Source: Moniliella sp. 'wahieum'
Lineage: Eukaryota
Length of the DNA: 64,000 bases
NCBI GenBank assembly: GCA_003971905.1
Contig: RSEE01000032.1
Coordinates: 434,001-498,000, forward strand
Reading direction: 5' to 3'
Numbering within the stretch: position 1 is the stretch's first letter; every line of letters begins with the position of its first letter. Shown in pieces: positions 14,001 to 25,533 of this stretch. The translations under genes and the position numbers were made by a program. The notes under the pieces are model-generated. The model was not told where the DNA came from, did no database searches, and saw nothing but the letters and a program-made list of their open reading frames with translations.

Positions 14001-14122
14001 GGTGTTGTTGGGCGGGAGGACGGGTGTGTCTTGTGGGCTTGGCGGCTTAGCTTGGGCTTGTAGGCTTGGGGGTGGGCTTGCTTGAAGAGCGCTCCCCTTC
14101 CGGGGGGATCAGATTGTAGCTC

Positions 14123-14362
14123 TGTTGGCCTAGGGAGCCGGACGGGCAGAAGGATGAGGAGAAGGTGATGGATTGGAGCCAGAGTTGGGTCTGGGTACAG
14201 AGGCATCTATATAGGAGGCTGGACTAGGCACAGGGACAGTGAGTCACACAGGAGAGAGTGCAGGGCACAGGGACAGTGACACGCAGGGACGTCAGCGTGG
14301 AAGCCGATGGAACCGAGGCGAACCTGGTCTACCGACTGGGAGCCAGAGGATCACAGTCAACA
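14123..14362 (-). repeat. LTR copy 2 (240 bp)
   Basis: Full copy; followed by 134 bp (14363-14496) duplicating 13205-13338. Confidence 0.92.
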
Positions 14363-14496
14363 CCCCCGCTGGCCAGGGAACCCGGAGACATCGGTTGTGG
14401 GATGAGCTCCTGCCAGTGGATGTAGAGAGGGGAGGACTTGAGTGGCAACCGGGACGAATGGCCTGGAGTTGTGCATGGCCACACGACTGGCCTACA

Positions 14497-14723
14497 TGTT
14501 GGCCTAGGGAGCCGGACGGGCAGAAGGATGAGGAGAAGGTGATGGATTGGAGCCAGAGTTGGGTCTGGGTACAGAGGCATCTATATAGGAGGCTGGACTA
14601 GGCACAGGGACAGTGAGTCACACAGGAGAGAGTGCAGGGCACAGGGACAGTGACACGCAGGGACGTCAGCGTGGAAGCCGATGGAACCGAGGCGAACCTG
14701 GTCTACCGACTGGGAGCCAGAGG
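14497..14723 (-). repeat. LTR copy 3 (lacks 13 terminal bp)
   Basis: Matches LTR2 up to ...agccagagg, then 9-nt filler gttaaactc. Confidence 0.9.
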
Positions 14724-14732
14724 GTTAAACTC

Positions 14733-14972
14733 TGTTGGCCTAGGGAGCCGGACGGGCAGAAGGATGAGGAGAAGGTGATGGATTGGAGCCAGAGTTGGGT
14801 CTGGGTACAGAGGCATCTATATAGGAGGCTGGACTAGGCACAGGGACAGTGAGTCACACAGGAGAGAGTGCAGGGCACAGGGACAGTGACACGCAGGGAC
14901 GTCAGCGTGGAAGCCGATGGAACCGAGGCGAACCTGGTCTACCGACTGGGAGCCAGAGGATCACAGTCAACA
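14733..14972 (-). repeat. LTR copy 4 (240 bp)
   Basis: Full copy ending ...gtcaaca, immediately followed by the TSD tccac. Confidence 0.92.
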
Positions 14973-15083
14973 TCCACCTAGGAGAAGCAACCCGATGGGT
15001 GCACCATTCCGTATGGGGTCTGCCGCGTGACGGAGCATGGGAGGAACAGAGGAACAAAAAAGAAACCAGGGGGAGAAGCATAG

Positions 15084-15090
15084 AAAAAAA
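15084..15090 (-). terminator. Pol III oligo(dT) terminator of tRNA-Phe
   Basis: T7 on the minus strand directly after the discriminator base. Confidence 0.75.
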
Positions 15091-15188
15091 TGTCGTGTCC
15101 CGGGATCGAACCGGGGACCTTGAGGAATCCAGAGGATTTGCTATTGAATAGCTTCAATCTCACGCTCTCCCATCTGAGCTAACCCGAC
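15091..15188 (-). tRNA. tRNA-Phe(GAA) with intron
   Basis: Reverse complement reads GTCGGGT TAGCTCAGATGGGAGAGC G TGAGA TT GAA G [intron] ... AGGTC CCCGG TTCGATC CCGGG ACACGAC A; A and B boxes present; oligo-T terminator follows; two stem mismatches. Confidence 0.88.
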
Positions 15189-15912
15189 TGCTTAGAATCG
15201 GTTTCCTCTTGTACGGTTCTAGTCTGAAACCCCACGTAATGGAAGCCAGCACACGTACTGAGATTGAATCTCTCCGGCTATCGCCTGGCTCCGCGTCACT
15301 ATCTATCTTGTCAGCGACCGTGCCAGCCTCGAATTTCGAGAGTGATGCTAGTGATGCATGATGCGTGACATGGAGTACGCGTGATGCGTGACGCGTGACG
15401 CGGCAAACTGAGCGGCGCCCCTCAAAACTCAATAAAATTTGAAAGCTGATATCTGCGAATGCTTTCAGACCGCAGGACCAATCCTGAACGTTCAGCGCCA
15501 GCGCTGAGGCTCAGGTTTCCACTGCCGATGGGATTGCAGCGCAAGCGGCCCAGTGCGTCGAAGGCTAGCCAAGCACACGCTGCCCCGGCTCTTATTAGCC
15601 GGGGCCAGGGCCTGCCAGGTGTTGATGCATGATGCATGGCTCCCGATGCATGATGCCGATGAGAAACTCTGGCCGAAACAACGTGTTTGCAGGCAGACCC
15701 GTCGCGCGTCGTGCGAGGCTGTGAGCAACTAGCTGGTCAGGTGTGACATGTGACATGCATGACAGGGAGCATGCGAGCCTCTCGTCTGAGGCTCAGGCCC
15801 GGCTGTCCCTTCGTCCTCCATCTGCATCCCCCCACCATCTCTTTTTTCCCACACAGCTCCGCTTCCCCGCGTTTCCTGCATGCGCTTGGCCCCGCTCCAC
15901 CGCTAACCGCTC

Positions 15913-17928
15913 ATGACCGCCCCCTCGGCTGCTACGCCTTCCGATGACTCGGTGACCACCATAACGCACATCGCCCCTCCCGGAGCTGATAACGCTTCCG
16001 ACAACCTGTCGGGTACTACTGCTCCTCAGTCCCCTGTCCATGACCCCCGCACCATGGCCTCCATGTCCCTGCCGTGCTCGCTGATGCGGAATCACACTTG
16101 ATGGACGCATATGCCCGCGATGTGGAGCGCGAGGTGGACGAGGAAGTGGTTTTAGAGCGCGTGCGGAGTGGCGAGAGTGTACGAACCGCCCAAAGTCTGT
16201 CTGGCCCTCGCTCGGGCCTCGACCGTCTTCCCTCGATCGGAGCACGTGTCCAATCCAAGCTGCTCAGCCACAAGCATGCGCCCGATGCAAAGGGAACGGC
16301 ACAACGAGAGACGGAGAAGGACGAAGAGGAGCAGGATCCCAACCTGGTTACCTGGGATTCCCCCGACTCGCACGAGAACCCCCGCAACTGGCCGTATGGG
16401 AGGAAACTATTTTGCGCAGTAACTGTTGCTCTCTACGCATTCCTTTCGCCCTTTCTTCCTCCATTATCCCCTGCATTGGAGCAGATAGCCTCGGACCTCA
16501 ACATCCACAACAAAGCCGAGATCGACATGGTGGTTTCTATCTTTATTTTGGCGTACGCATTTGGTATGTCTTCTCAGTTGCTACCCCTTTCCCCCACGGC
16601 CACAGTTGTACTTTTTGCATTGGTCTCTAACCCTTTCTACGTCTTGCAGGTCCCTTTTTCTGGTCACCTTTATCCGAGATCTACGGGAGACGGCCTGTCT
16701 TGGTTGCTGGGAATCTTATGTTTCTCGCTTTCAACCTGGGCAGTTCGTTTGCCCATAAGGGCAACGGAGTGTCGGGAAAGGTACAGATTATGATTCTTCG
16801 GTTTTTTGCTGGATTCGGTGGCAGCGCACCTCTCGTTCTTGGTGGGGCCACCGTGGCAGACTTATTTGTGCCGTCGGAGCGAGGGACAGCGATGAGCATC
16901 TATACTGCTGCGCCTGTTGTTGCACCTGCCCTGGGCCCTCTGATTGGAGGCTGGGTGGCAGACCGGTTGACGGGCACATATCGCTGGAGGGTAACGTTGT
17001 GGGCCACCTCTGGCTTTGCTGCCCTGGTTGCGTCCGTTGGATATTTTGTGCTTCCAGAGACGTACCAACCGCGGATTCTGCATGTCAAGTGCGAGAAACT
17101 GAAACGCCAGACGGGCAACAACAAGCTATACACCGCGTTCAGCACAGTGGAGTTGTCTAATAAGGAACGCATTCGCCGTGCCATGGTCCGTCCCTACCTG
17201 ATGCTTGGCACAGAGGTGATCTTGATTGCGCTGGCAGTGGCCATGACCATCCTGTATGGGTGTTTGTACATTGCCCTTACCAGCTACGAGACCATCTTCA
17301 GGGATATTTACCATGAAACCACCGGCATTGCTGGGCTCAACTACATTGCCCTCTTTTTGGGCAGCTTCATCGGGGGACAGATTGGCGGACGCGCGGTTGA
17401 TATTATCTACCGCCGACTATCCGAACGTAACGGGGGTGTGAAAGTGCCCGAGTTCAAACTCCCCGTCTTTATGGTGGGCACCATCCTCTTTCCACTTGGG
17501 CTGATCATGTACGGCTTCAGTGCCCAATATCACGCTTTCTGGTTGGTGCCCGACATTGGAGCTAGCATCTTTGCGTTCGGCAACTTTATCTGCATGTTGG
17601 CCCTGCAAACATGTGCGTATTCTTCCTTCCCTATATCTCGTTCGTTCAATCACTGACGTTTGTTGCGTTCAGATGCGGTCGACTGCTATTCTATTTTTTC
17701 GGCTTCGGCTCTTGCTTCTCTCTGGCACGTCCGTGGTTTGTCTGGGTTTGGTTTCCCTCTCTTTTCGGTGTACATGTACGAATCACTCGGCTATGGATGG
17801 GGCAATGGCTTGGTCGCCCTGATCTTGCCATTGTTGGTCTACCCACTCCATTTTTGTTTTACAAGTATGGCCCTTGGCTCCGCAAACGGAGCAAGTATCA
17901 TCGCGCTGCCATGAAGGCAGGTATTTAG
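15913..17928 (+). CDS. MFS drug:H+ antiporter (DHA1 family); introns 16564-16649 and 17613-17672
   Basis: DPNLVTWDSPDSHENPRNW, PLSEIYGRRPV (motif A, across a frameshift), RFFAGFGGSAPLVLGGATVADLF..ERG, GPLIGG, PETYQPRIL, PEFKLP; multiple hydrophobic segments. Confidence 0.93.
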
Positions 17929-19180
17929 CGTCCCGCGCTCTATGCAAATGGCCGGTACGTGTACTGTTTGGCTCGCGCCGTGTCGTGAGCTCAGCTGGTA
18001 CTCATTATGAGCGCTATGCTCCGTGACCTGTGGGTCTCTCTTATGGTGGGCCCGGGGCATCCTTTCGCCAAAGTGCCAAGTGTATCTGTAAATGTTCCTG
18101 CCATCTGTCTCTTTTATCCAGGACTAACTTCAAGCGGTCTTGAATCCTTGAGGCTTGAGGCTTGAGTGCTCGTCAAGTCGTCTGCAAGACTCATCAAAAT
18201 AGACACTGTTCTCCAAGACACACTAACATTGACAAACAATGCACATTGCTTTTTTTTCTCGTTCATCTATCTCGTCCTTTCTAAATTTGGTCCCCGTGTC
18301 GATGAAGAGAGCTGATGAGGTCGATGAGATCAATGAGGGGTGGAACTAGCTTGGCGCTGATAAGGAAGTTGTACTGATGTGGTATTGATGCGACGGTGCA
18401 CGACGATCCGCACCGCGGAATGAATGCGATTACAAAGAAACTCGTCAGCTCTCCTCTAATATCCGAGCAGGTGTTGGCGTTGAGGTTCGATGGAAGATCC
18501 TTCTCGGCGTGTTCATATCAAAGGGCTGGGGGATTGGGTAGCCTCCACTGTTCTAAGCCATCAAACACGCCCAAAACACTGCTGCAACCCCGTAGTGGAG
18601 GTGATGTGACGCGCAGCTTAATCTGCGGCTTGGCAAGTGACGACAGAAACACGGCCATTATGCATTACCGATTATCGACATCATCGCTCGTCAACGCGTC
18701 AAGCTTCAAGGCGACGATGATACTCCGCGAGGGAAGCATGCTCGACGTTCAGCGTTCGTTCACTGACTCTCGCGCTGCTGGTGGATCTCTTGTAGAGCCC
18801 AGAGGCTGGCGAGCTTTCTTTAGCAGCCCTGCTGGAAATTTTCCGGCGGATAGTGGGTGACCGGTGACAGTGACCGGTGATAGTGACCCAGTGATGCAAG
18901 TGATGCGCACAAAACTATCCACGCCCGCAGTATGCCACTCTCCCCGCGTGTAGCAGCGCTGGCGCTGCGTGCTGGGATACCACTGGCATGCCACATGCTT
19001 CAGAGACAGAGCCATTTGTTCATTCCAGCGGGGCCTGCCCTTTCAAATTTTTCAAACTTCACTCATTAATCCACGCGTCACCGGCCGGCCGTTCATCGCT
19101 GATTTAAATCTGCCACTACCATCTTCTGTGGCGGTTGCTACGGCCTCTGCTGCATGCCAACTTCTCGCTCGCTCCAGATA

Positions 19181-20437
19181 ATGTGGAGGCTTCTGGTCGT
19201 GCTAAGCGTCGCCTTGGCTTCCGTGGTCGTTCAGGCGCACGAAGACGAGCCCCCCGCTGTCGTGGCCGGGGCTGAAGCTGTGCCCCTCGGCCAGGAATCC
19301 TACATGCAAAAGCACATGGCCAACGAGCACCACATCAACGCCTTTGACCTTGGCTCTTCTTTGCCTTGCATGATCTGAATCGCGATGGGGTTTGGGACCG
19401 ATCGGAGGTGGAGGCGATTTACGGTGTCCACCACTCCACCTCCATCCGTCACTCCCCCACAGCCGAAGTGCACGACGAGAAGGCGAATGCAATCGTGAAG
19501 GAAGTGTTTGGTCGGCTGGATACGGATGGCGACCGCTTGATCTCCAAGAGCGAGTTCCTCTCGGCTGGGGTGAACGCCTTGCCTACATTTGAAAACTATG
19601 GGGTGGGCGTGTTGGGCCACCACTACGACCCCGAGTCCGAGTTCTTTGTTCACCATGAGCAAAAGTACCACAACACCCCGAAACGCAAACCGAGGAATCG
19701 TACAACCACCCTGAAGACATTGAGCACTTCTTGGCACATCAGCAAATTGAAGACGAGGAGGAAAATCGGGTGCGGAAGGCAGAAGGTATGCCCTCCATCG
19801 AGGAAGAAAATGCATTGCGCCAAGCGGCCGAAGCCCGGGGGGAGACGTACACGTCCAAGTACCAGGAAACGAACCAAAAGCGGCCGGAAGACCAAGAGTT
19901 CCGGCAAGTCGAGCAAGACGGCTACTTTGGCGGGTACGCCCACGACGAAGCCGAGTCTACACAGCATGTTTTCCGCACTTCCAATGGCCACCATGTTGTC
20001 AAGAGCCAAGCAACAGCGAATGGGAGCCACGAAGAAAATGTGGTAGAATGGCTTCCGGGAGAGACGGAAGAAGGACACAAGCAGCGCCAGGACATGTATG
20101 CCCAACGCTTACAGGCCGCTGCCTACTTTGACAAGTTGGAGAAGGAGCAAAAAGCTCGTTTGGCCAGCACTATTGAGCAAGTTAAGATCGAGCCAGGAGA
20201 AAGCGAGGAAGCGTTACTTCGCCGCCTCAACAAGGTTAAGTGGGAAGCTGCCCATCTCGGGAAAGAAGCCCCGAGGGATGCGCGGATGCGCAAGGGGCCA
20301 CCCCAAAATAAGGTATGCTATGTCTGGGTCGTCGCATGTGCCTATGCGTCCTTCTGACACTTTATTCGCTTCAGTTCCCATCAATTGCCAAGCAGAACAA
20401 CCGGCTGAAAAAGGGGTCCTACTTTGGCGAGTTTTAG
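19181..20437 (+). CDS. SSP120: Secretory-pathway EF-hand protein, Ssp120/nucleobindin-like; intron 20313-20374
   Basis: Signal peptide MWRLLVVLSVALASVVVQA; HMANEHHI..FD; EF-hands DLNRDGVWDRSE and DTDGDRLISKSE; GHHYDPESEFFVHHEQKYH; HPEDIEHF; ends GEF*. Confidence 0.85.
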
Positions 20438-20869
20438 AAACAAAACCAGTCCCATCTCAGTATGCTTACGCCGCGCCGCTACGCGCTAATGTCTGCATTC
20501 CAGTGTCCTTGTTGCATTCGTCGTCGCTAGTGTTGCAGCATGTATCAGTTCCCTAATTTATTGTACCGCGGTATATCTTTCGGCGGCAGACGCCGGGCCA
20601 TCAATTTACTCAGGAACATCAGGGTCTCACCACGCTCGATGCGAAAGAGGACGAAACAAAAAGAAGGGATATAGTAAACTCATCCATCACCGGATCACCA
20701 GCTATTATATCTCTTCAATCCTCTCCTCATCGATGAAGAATGGAGGGTTTGGCCACTACAGTAGGCGTTAGGGGGGGACCGACAGAGACAAAAAGGAAAG
20801 CAAAGAAAAGATGGAGAAGGATACGATGACAAATTGCTACAGGTTCCCAGTCCGCGTGGGGGCAATTCA

Positions 20870-23800
20870 TAAAGACCACTGGTGCGAGACTAGGGAAAAC
20901 AGAATCCTCGAGAAATCAGAAGAACAACGGAAACGAGAGGAAGACTCAAGGTGGTGGCGACCACATTCTGCACAGTAGCGAGTGGAAAGTCCACCCAGCG
21001 AGCCAGTATAAACGAGGGGAGTAGGGCGGGGTAACGAGAGAGAAGAAACGTTCATGTTGGGTACGGTGGCCGCCCCGCCGCCGAGTCCTTGATGTACATC
21101 CGTCCTCGTCCAGGTCCTTGCTTGAACTTTCCCTCTGCTGCCGGATAGATCACGTGTGGGCCACCGTCGTCAGTCCGTCGGGCGGAGACGGTGGCACGGA
21201 GGGAGACGGGTCAATTCTTCCCTTCCTTGGGAGCGGCACCTGGGGGTTGTCAGCGGTAGGCAAAGCGGGACGCTGTGGCTCAACGAAGCGCGTCTTGCGC
21301 AGTGTTTTGGAAAAACTCTTCCGCGGGGGGGAAAAGGCAGGGTTGGACAGTCCTTGGGGCAAGGTATGGCTGCTGCCTGAGCTCTCGGACAGAGAGGAAG
21401 GGTACCGTCCACCACTGTTCCCCGTCTCGACAGAGACATTGTCCAGGACCCCGCGCTGCGCTCCGCGACCGGCAGGTTGAATGGGAATCCCTGCAGTCAA
21501 GGTGGGGGGAGAGGCCGAACTGCTAATTTCGTTTTGCAGCTGAAAGGCTCGCTCACGGGAGACGGTACTGGGTTCGTGGGAGGAATCCATAGGACTCAGC
21601 ATCGGCTTGATGTACAGTACTCCCCTATTTGCATCCATCACATGAGCGGCGGAGCGCCCACTGCTCCCCGTCGAGATGCTGGCCGTCGAGTAGGGGTGGG
21701 GAGAGCCGTCGGAGATGGGAGAGGCTGGGTAGGACGGTCGGACGGGAAGATTAGTGAGCTGTTCCAGACGCGACTCCAGAAACTGGATCTGCAACTGCAT
21801 TTGCCGTTCTCGTTCTTGAGAAGTGGGTGCCAATCCCAACTGCGTCGGTAAGAGCGGAGAGAGGAAACGGAGGTAGGGGGTGAGAAAACGGGTCCGGCAG
21901 GCTTCCGTTGCTGGCTTGCCCAAAGTGATTCAAGCATAGCTGTTGAACAGAGAAACGGTGGTCAGTACAAACCAAGATCGGGAAGCGGTTAACAGGACAA
22001 GGGGAACATACCAATCTTGTTGGCCAATTCAAGATAGTTACTTTGGCTGCTAGGAGGACTCGCTTCGGCTGGCGAGGTGGCGGCTTGGGTCACGCCATCG
22101 CAAGGTCCAATAGAGCTGAATATAGACTGCGATCGGCTATCCTCAGGGATGGAAGCAGCCGGGGGCAAAGGTACCTTTCCCGGATAGTAGGCCAAGCCCA
22201 CATCAACCCCCAGCGAGGGTTGATGCACCCCAGCGGTATGCTGTGCTTGCTTCCGTACGTCGTGAGGTAGCCCAGATTGCTGAGAGCGAGCCGGTACACT
22301 GCCATTTGGGAGAGAGGCAGAACGTCCATATGCCATTTCTGGACTCAGGCCCCGTTCGGGGTCCTCCATGCAAACCCTCGTGGCGACAGAATGAGAGCGA
22401 GCATAATGGAGGGGATCGTTTATAATACCCAACTCGGGCGAGAGAATTTGTGCATTGACGGTCTCCTGACTGAGGGGAGACAAGCCGGGCCCTTGGGACG
22501 GGGTGGAAAGCAGGCGACGTGGATCCATGGGTGGAGGAGACAAGTGCCCTGGACTAGAAAGAATCGGGCTGGAAGCATTAGGCTCAGTGACTGAAGCGGT
22601 TGAGAATGGGCGCTGCTCGCCTGTTCGGGGGAGCCACTCTGCGAGGAGGAGTTGCCCGAAAGAGAGTGGCCCGAAAAGGGCGAGAGAGCACGAATTTGCC
22701 CAGGAACAGAGGCATAAGGAATAGAACCGTTTCGAGGGTCCCGTTCGCTCATGGCCGGGCTGGGCCTGGGCGCTGAATGCAAAGAAGGCGTGGGAGACGA
22801 TCGAGGTGGGGAAAGGAAGGACGGAGGGTACGAAGTTGGGTTGTTCTTGCCCATGGGGGAGGCTGGGGGTGCATAAACAGCCGGGGGCGTCCCAGTAGGC
22901 GCAGATTGATTCTTAAGTCGCAAAGCCATTTGCAATTGAGCCACCTGGGCCCTCAGGGCCTCGAGCTCAAATGATTTCGGGTTGGGGTCTGGGCCGACCC
23001 CTTCCGAACGGTTAATTCCTTGCACAGCCGAAGGGTGATGGCTGAGGTGTCGCTGGATGTCCCCTGGCGTTGACGAGAACGGTGTGTGTCTCCTCCGTAT
23101 CGGTCAGTTGATCATCCTCGTCGTCATCCTGTAAAGGGTCGGAGGCGGGCCGGGTCGAAAAGAACCCTTCAGCTCTGCCATGCCAGGCGAGCGGGATTTG
23201 GGCGATGAGGACGAGTGGAAAGAAGACGGTGAGGTCGAGCCCACAGCATACGAGCCATGGGGAACGCGCAAACTGGCCCCCGAGTTCAATGGAGACGAAA
23301 GAAGAGCAAGTGTATTCGGATCCAAGTGGATATCGAGATGTGGGGTCTGTCGTCACTCGGCCGTTCAAAACTAGACGTGGCAACCGACGTCCCTGTCGAC
23401 TCCGTCGAGGAGCGCGAGAGTGCGCCAGAAACAGCTGAACCATCCAGCACACTTTCATCGTCCCATGCTGGCTCCTCTTGCTGGAACAATGCGGTGGAAG
23501 GGGCACTACTCTGAGCCATGCTCCTGTCTCGTCTAGGTCTTCCCGCCACTCGGGTTGCCATTCGGACAAAAAGCGCTCCACCACATTGACAGTGGCGTTG
23601 CCTCCGTTGTTGGGCTCGGTACCGGTCAAGTTGCCCACAAAAGAGGGCAGGTCGGATGGGGGCGATGGCATAACGCTAGTCAAAGTGGACGCTGCTGTTG
23701 AAGGTGGGCCACAGTTGGGTTGTTGTGGGATTGATACTGGGGAGAGGGTAGCTGCCATGGGGTATGCAAAGCAGGAAGTTGGGGGAAGAGCGACAGCCAC
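20870..23800 (-). CDS. Hypothetical Ser/Pro-rich low-complexity protein, fragmented
   Basis: Successive overlapping minus-strand ORFs of 184-262 aa with coiled-coil-like stretches (ELEALRAQVAQLQMAL; QMQLQIQFLESRLEQL); no known domain recognised. Confidence 0.55.
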
Positions 23801-25533
23801 GGGTAGACGATTGTTGCAGGAAGGAAGAGAACCCAGTCCTCGAGGACAGGGAGAGCTTTGGAGAAGGGGGGGAGCAAACCTGGGAAGAGTAAAGCACCGG
23901 CTCAGTTTTCTGCCCCCTGAATATAGATCTCAGTGCACAGCCGCGTGTGTAATAGGCGAGGTACGCGGACGAGTAGAGGCTGGAATGGTGGCACGATGGC
24001 GACAGAAGTGGATCCACACGGGTATGGGATAATAGAGCGGACAAGAGGCTAAAAAGGGGGGCAGAGAGGCAATAATCACGGAGCAACCCACCACTTGGGC
24101 TAAGCGCTAACAGAAGATGGGCCAGTATACCCAGTCCTCAGCGAATGCAAGCCGAAAGGTGCGATCTGACTGGGGAGTACCTTAAGATCTCAGATCTCAG
24201 ATCTCTGGGCTTGCGTGCTTACACTTCAAGCTCGAACAAACTGGAACCTTCTTGGAAACGAGATTCGGTCACGGGCAATCCCTTCTGGTGACAGTGGGGG
24301 GGCAATGCAAGGAAACCTTTGGCTCAGATGCTGCGACTTTGACAGTTGCAACCCCAGAGCTGTTGGGGGGTTGGGATCTAGAAAAGATAGAGGACAGAGG
24401 GAGGATACGGCTCGAGAATGGTGGATGATCGATGAGGAGTTACTAGTTCAGTTTGAACGCTCAGTGTTCCAACTAGTTTCTTGGTAACGTTTTAACTTTG
24501 GGCGGTGGAGATGTGGGATGTGGGTGTGGGATGTGTGCGGTGCAGAACGGATAGCACCAGTGTGGCACCTGCTAGCAAGACCGGCCGGCACGTGGTTTGT
24601 GAGGTAAGGCCTGAGGGGCAAGTGTTTTGGAGCTAGCCAAATGGGCACCGGTGAGGGGGGACGAGGCCCGGGGAGGGGCGAGATGTGAGGCTGAGGGCCC
24701 GACGAGAGGAAGCAGGGAGGTGGGAGTGGTGGGGCGGAAGAAAAGTGTGCTGGCTACAATCGGCGCCCACCCGGGGGCTCGGAGGAAAGGCAGGCGAGAA
24801 AGAGGCACGCTGGTTACTACTAGGTACTAGAAGGCGACATGCAAGCCACAGCCCGTCGCCTGTCGGCTGCTACTGCAACGTGCTGCAGTATAGGCTGCTG
24901 TGGCTGCATATAGCAGCACGATAGGAACCAGTGCCTAGGGCCTAGTGACTAGTGACTAGTGGCTAGGACTGGTGTGGTGCTGCGATGTTATGCTACGTGC
25001 TGCGTCCTGTCATGCAAGCCTCCTCTGTTCCGACCCGCTGCTGCGGTGGCAGGGACGGCGCAGGGACAGTCTGGGACAGTCGGAGAGCTGATGCTGATGC
25101 AAGCTCGACAGGCAGCACCGTAGCTGCTGCTCACGCATGCCACATGCCACTCGCATGTTCCTGTCTGTATAAGCGCTAATCGGGTCGCTTAGGTTTTAGG
25201 GGCGCTGCAGTGGCGCTGCAAGTACGCGTTAACCGCCGTCCAACGCTCAAATTAATCCCACCAGCCCGCCCACCTTTTGTTTGGACCGGGCGTGATGCAT
25301 GATCATCGATCAACGTACTTAGCCTGATTATATAATTCTCGAGTTCCCTGGAGCGGAGTATGTACAAGAAGTTCGTAGCGAAGGCTCAGCGCTCAGGCTC
25401 AGGCGTGAAGTGCTGAGGCGCGCTGGCCCGGACCTGCTCAGGCTGCCTGCTGGACTCTGCCTGCCTGCCTGCCTTTTTCTTGCCAGGCCGCCCACCCCGA
25501 CCCACCCTGCCCACCGGCCACCGGCCACCCTCA

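Larger units (their letters stand above)
12969..14972 (-). mobile_element. Non-autonomous LTR retroelement (TRIM-like, Ty3/gypsy-derived) carrying four LTR copies
   Basis: TGTTG...CAACA termini; 5-bp TSD TCCAC at 12964-12968 and 14973-14977; near-identical LTRs of about 240 bp; short purine tract (GCGGGGG on minus) abutting LTR1 and LTR2; no pol ORF. Confidence 0.93.

Noticed and set aside
13081..15151. Four ORFs starting MSHTGESAGHRDSDTQG as a gene family
   Set aside because: They are GTG-start readings through the repeated LTR sequence, not genes.
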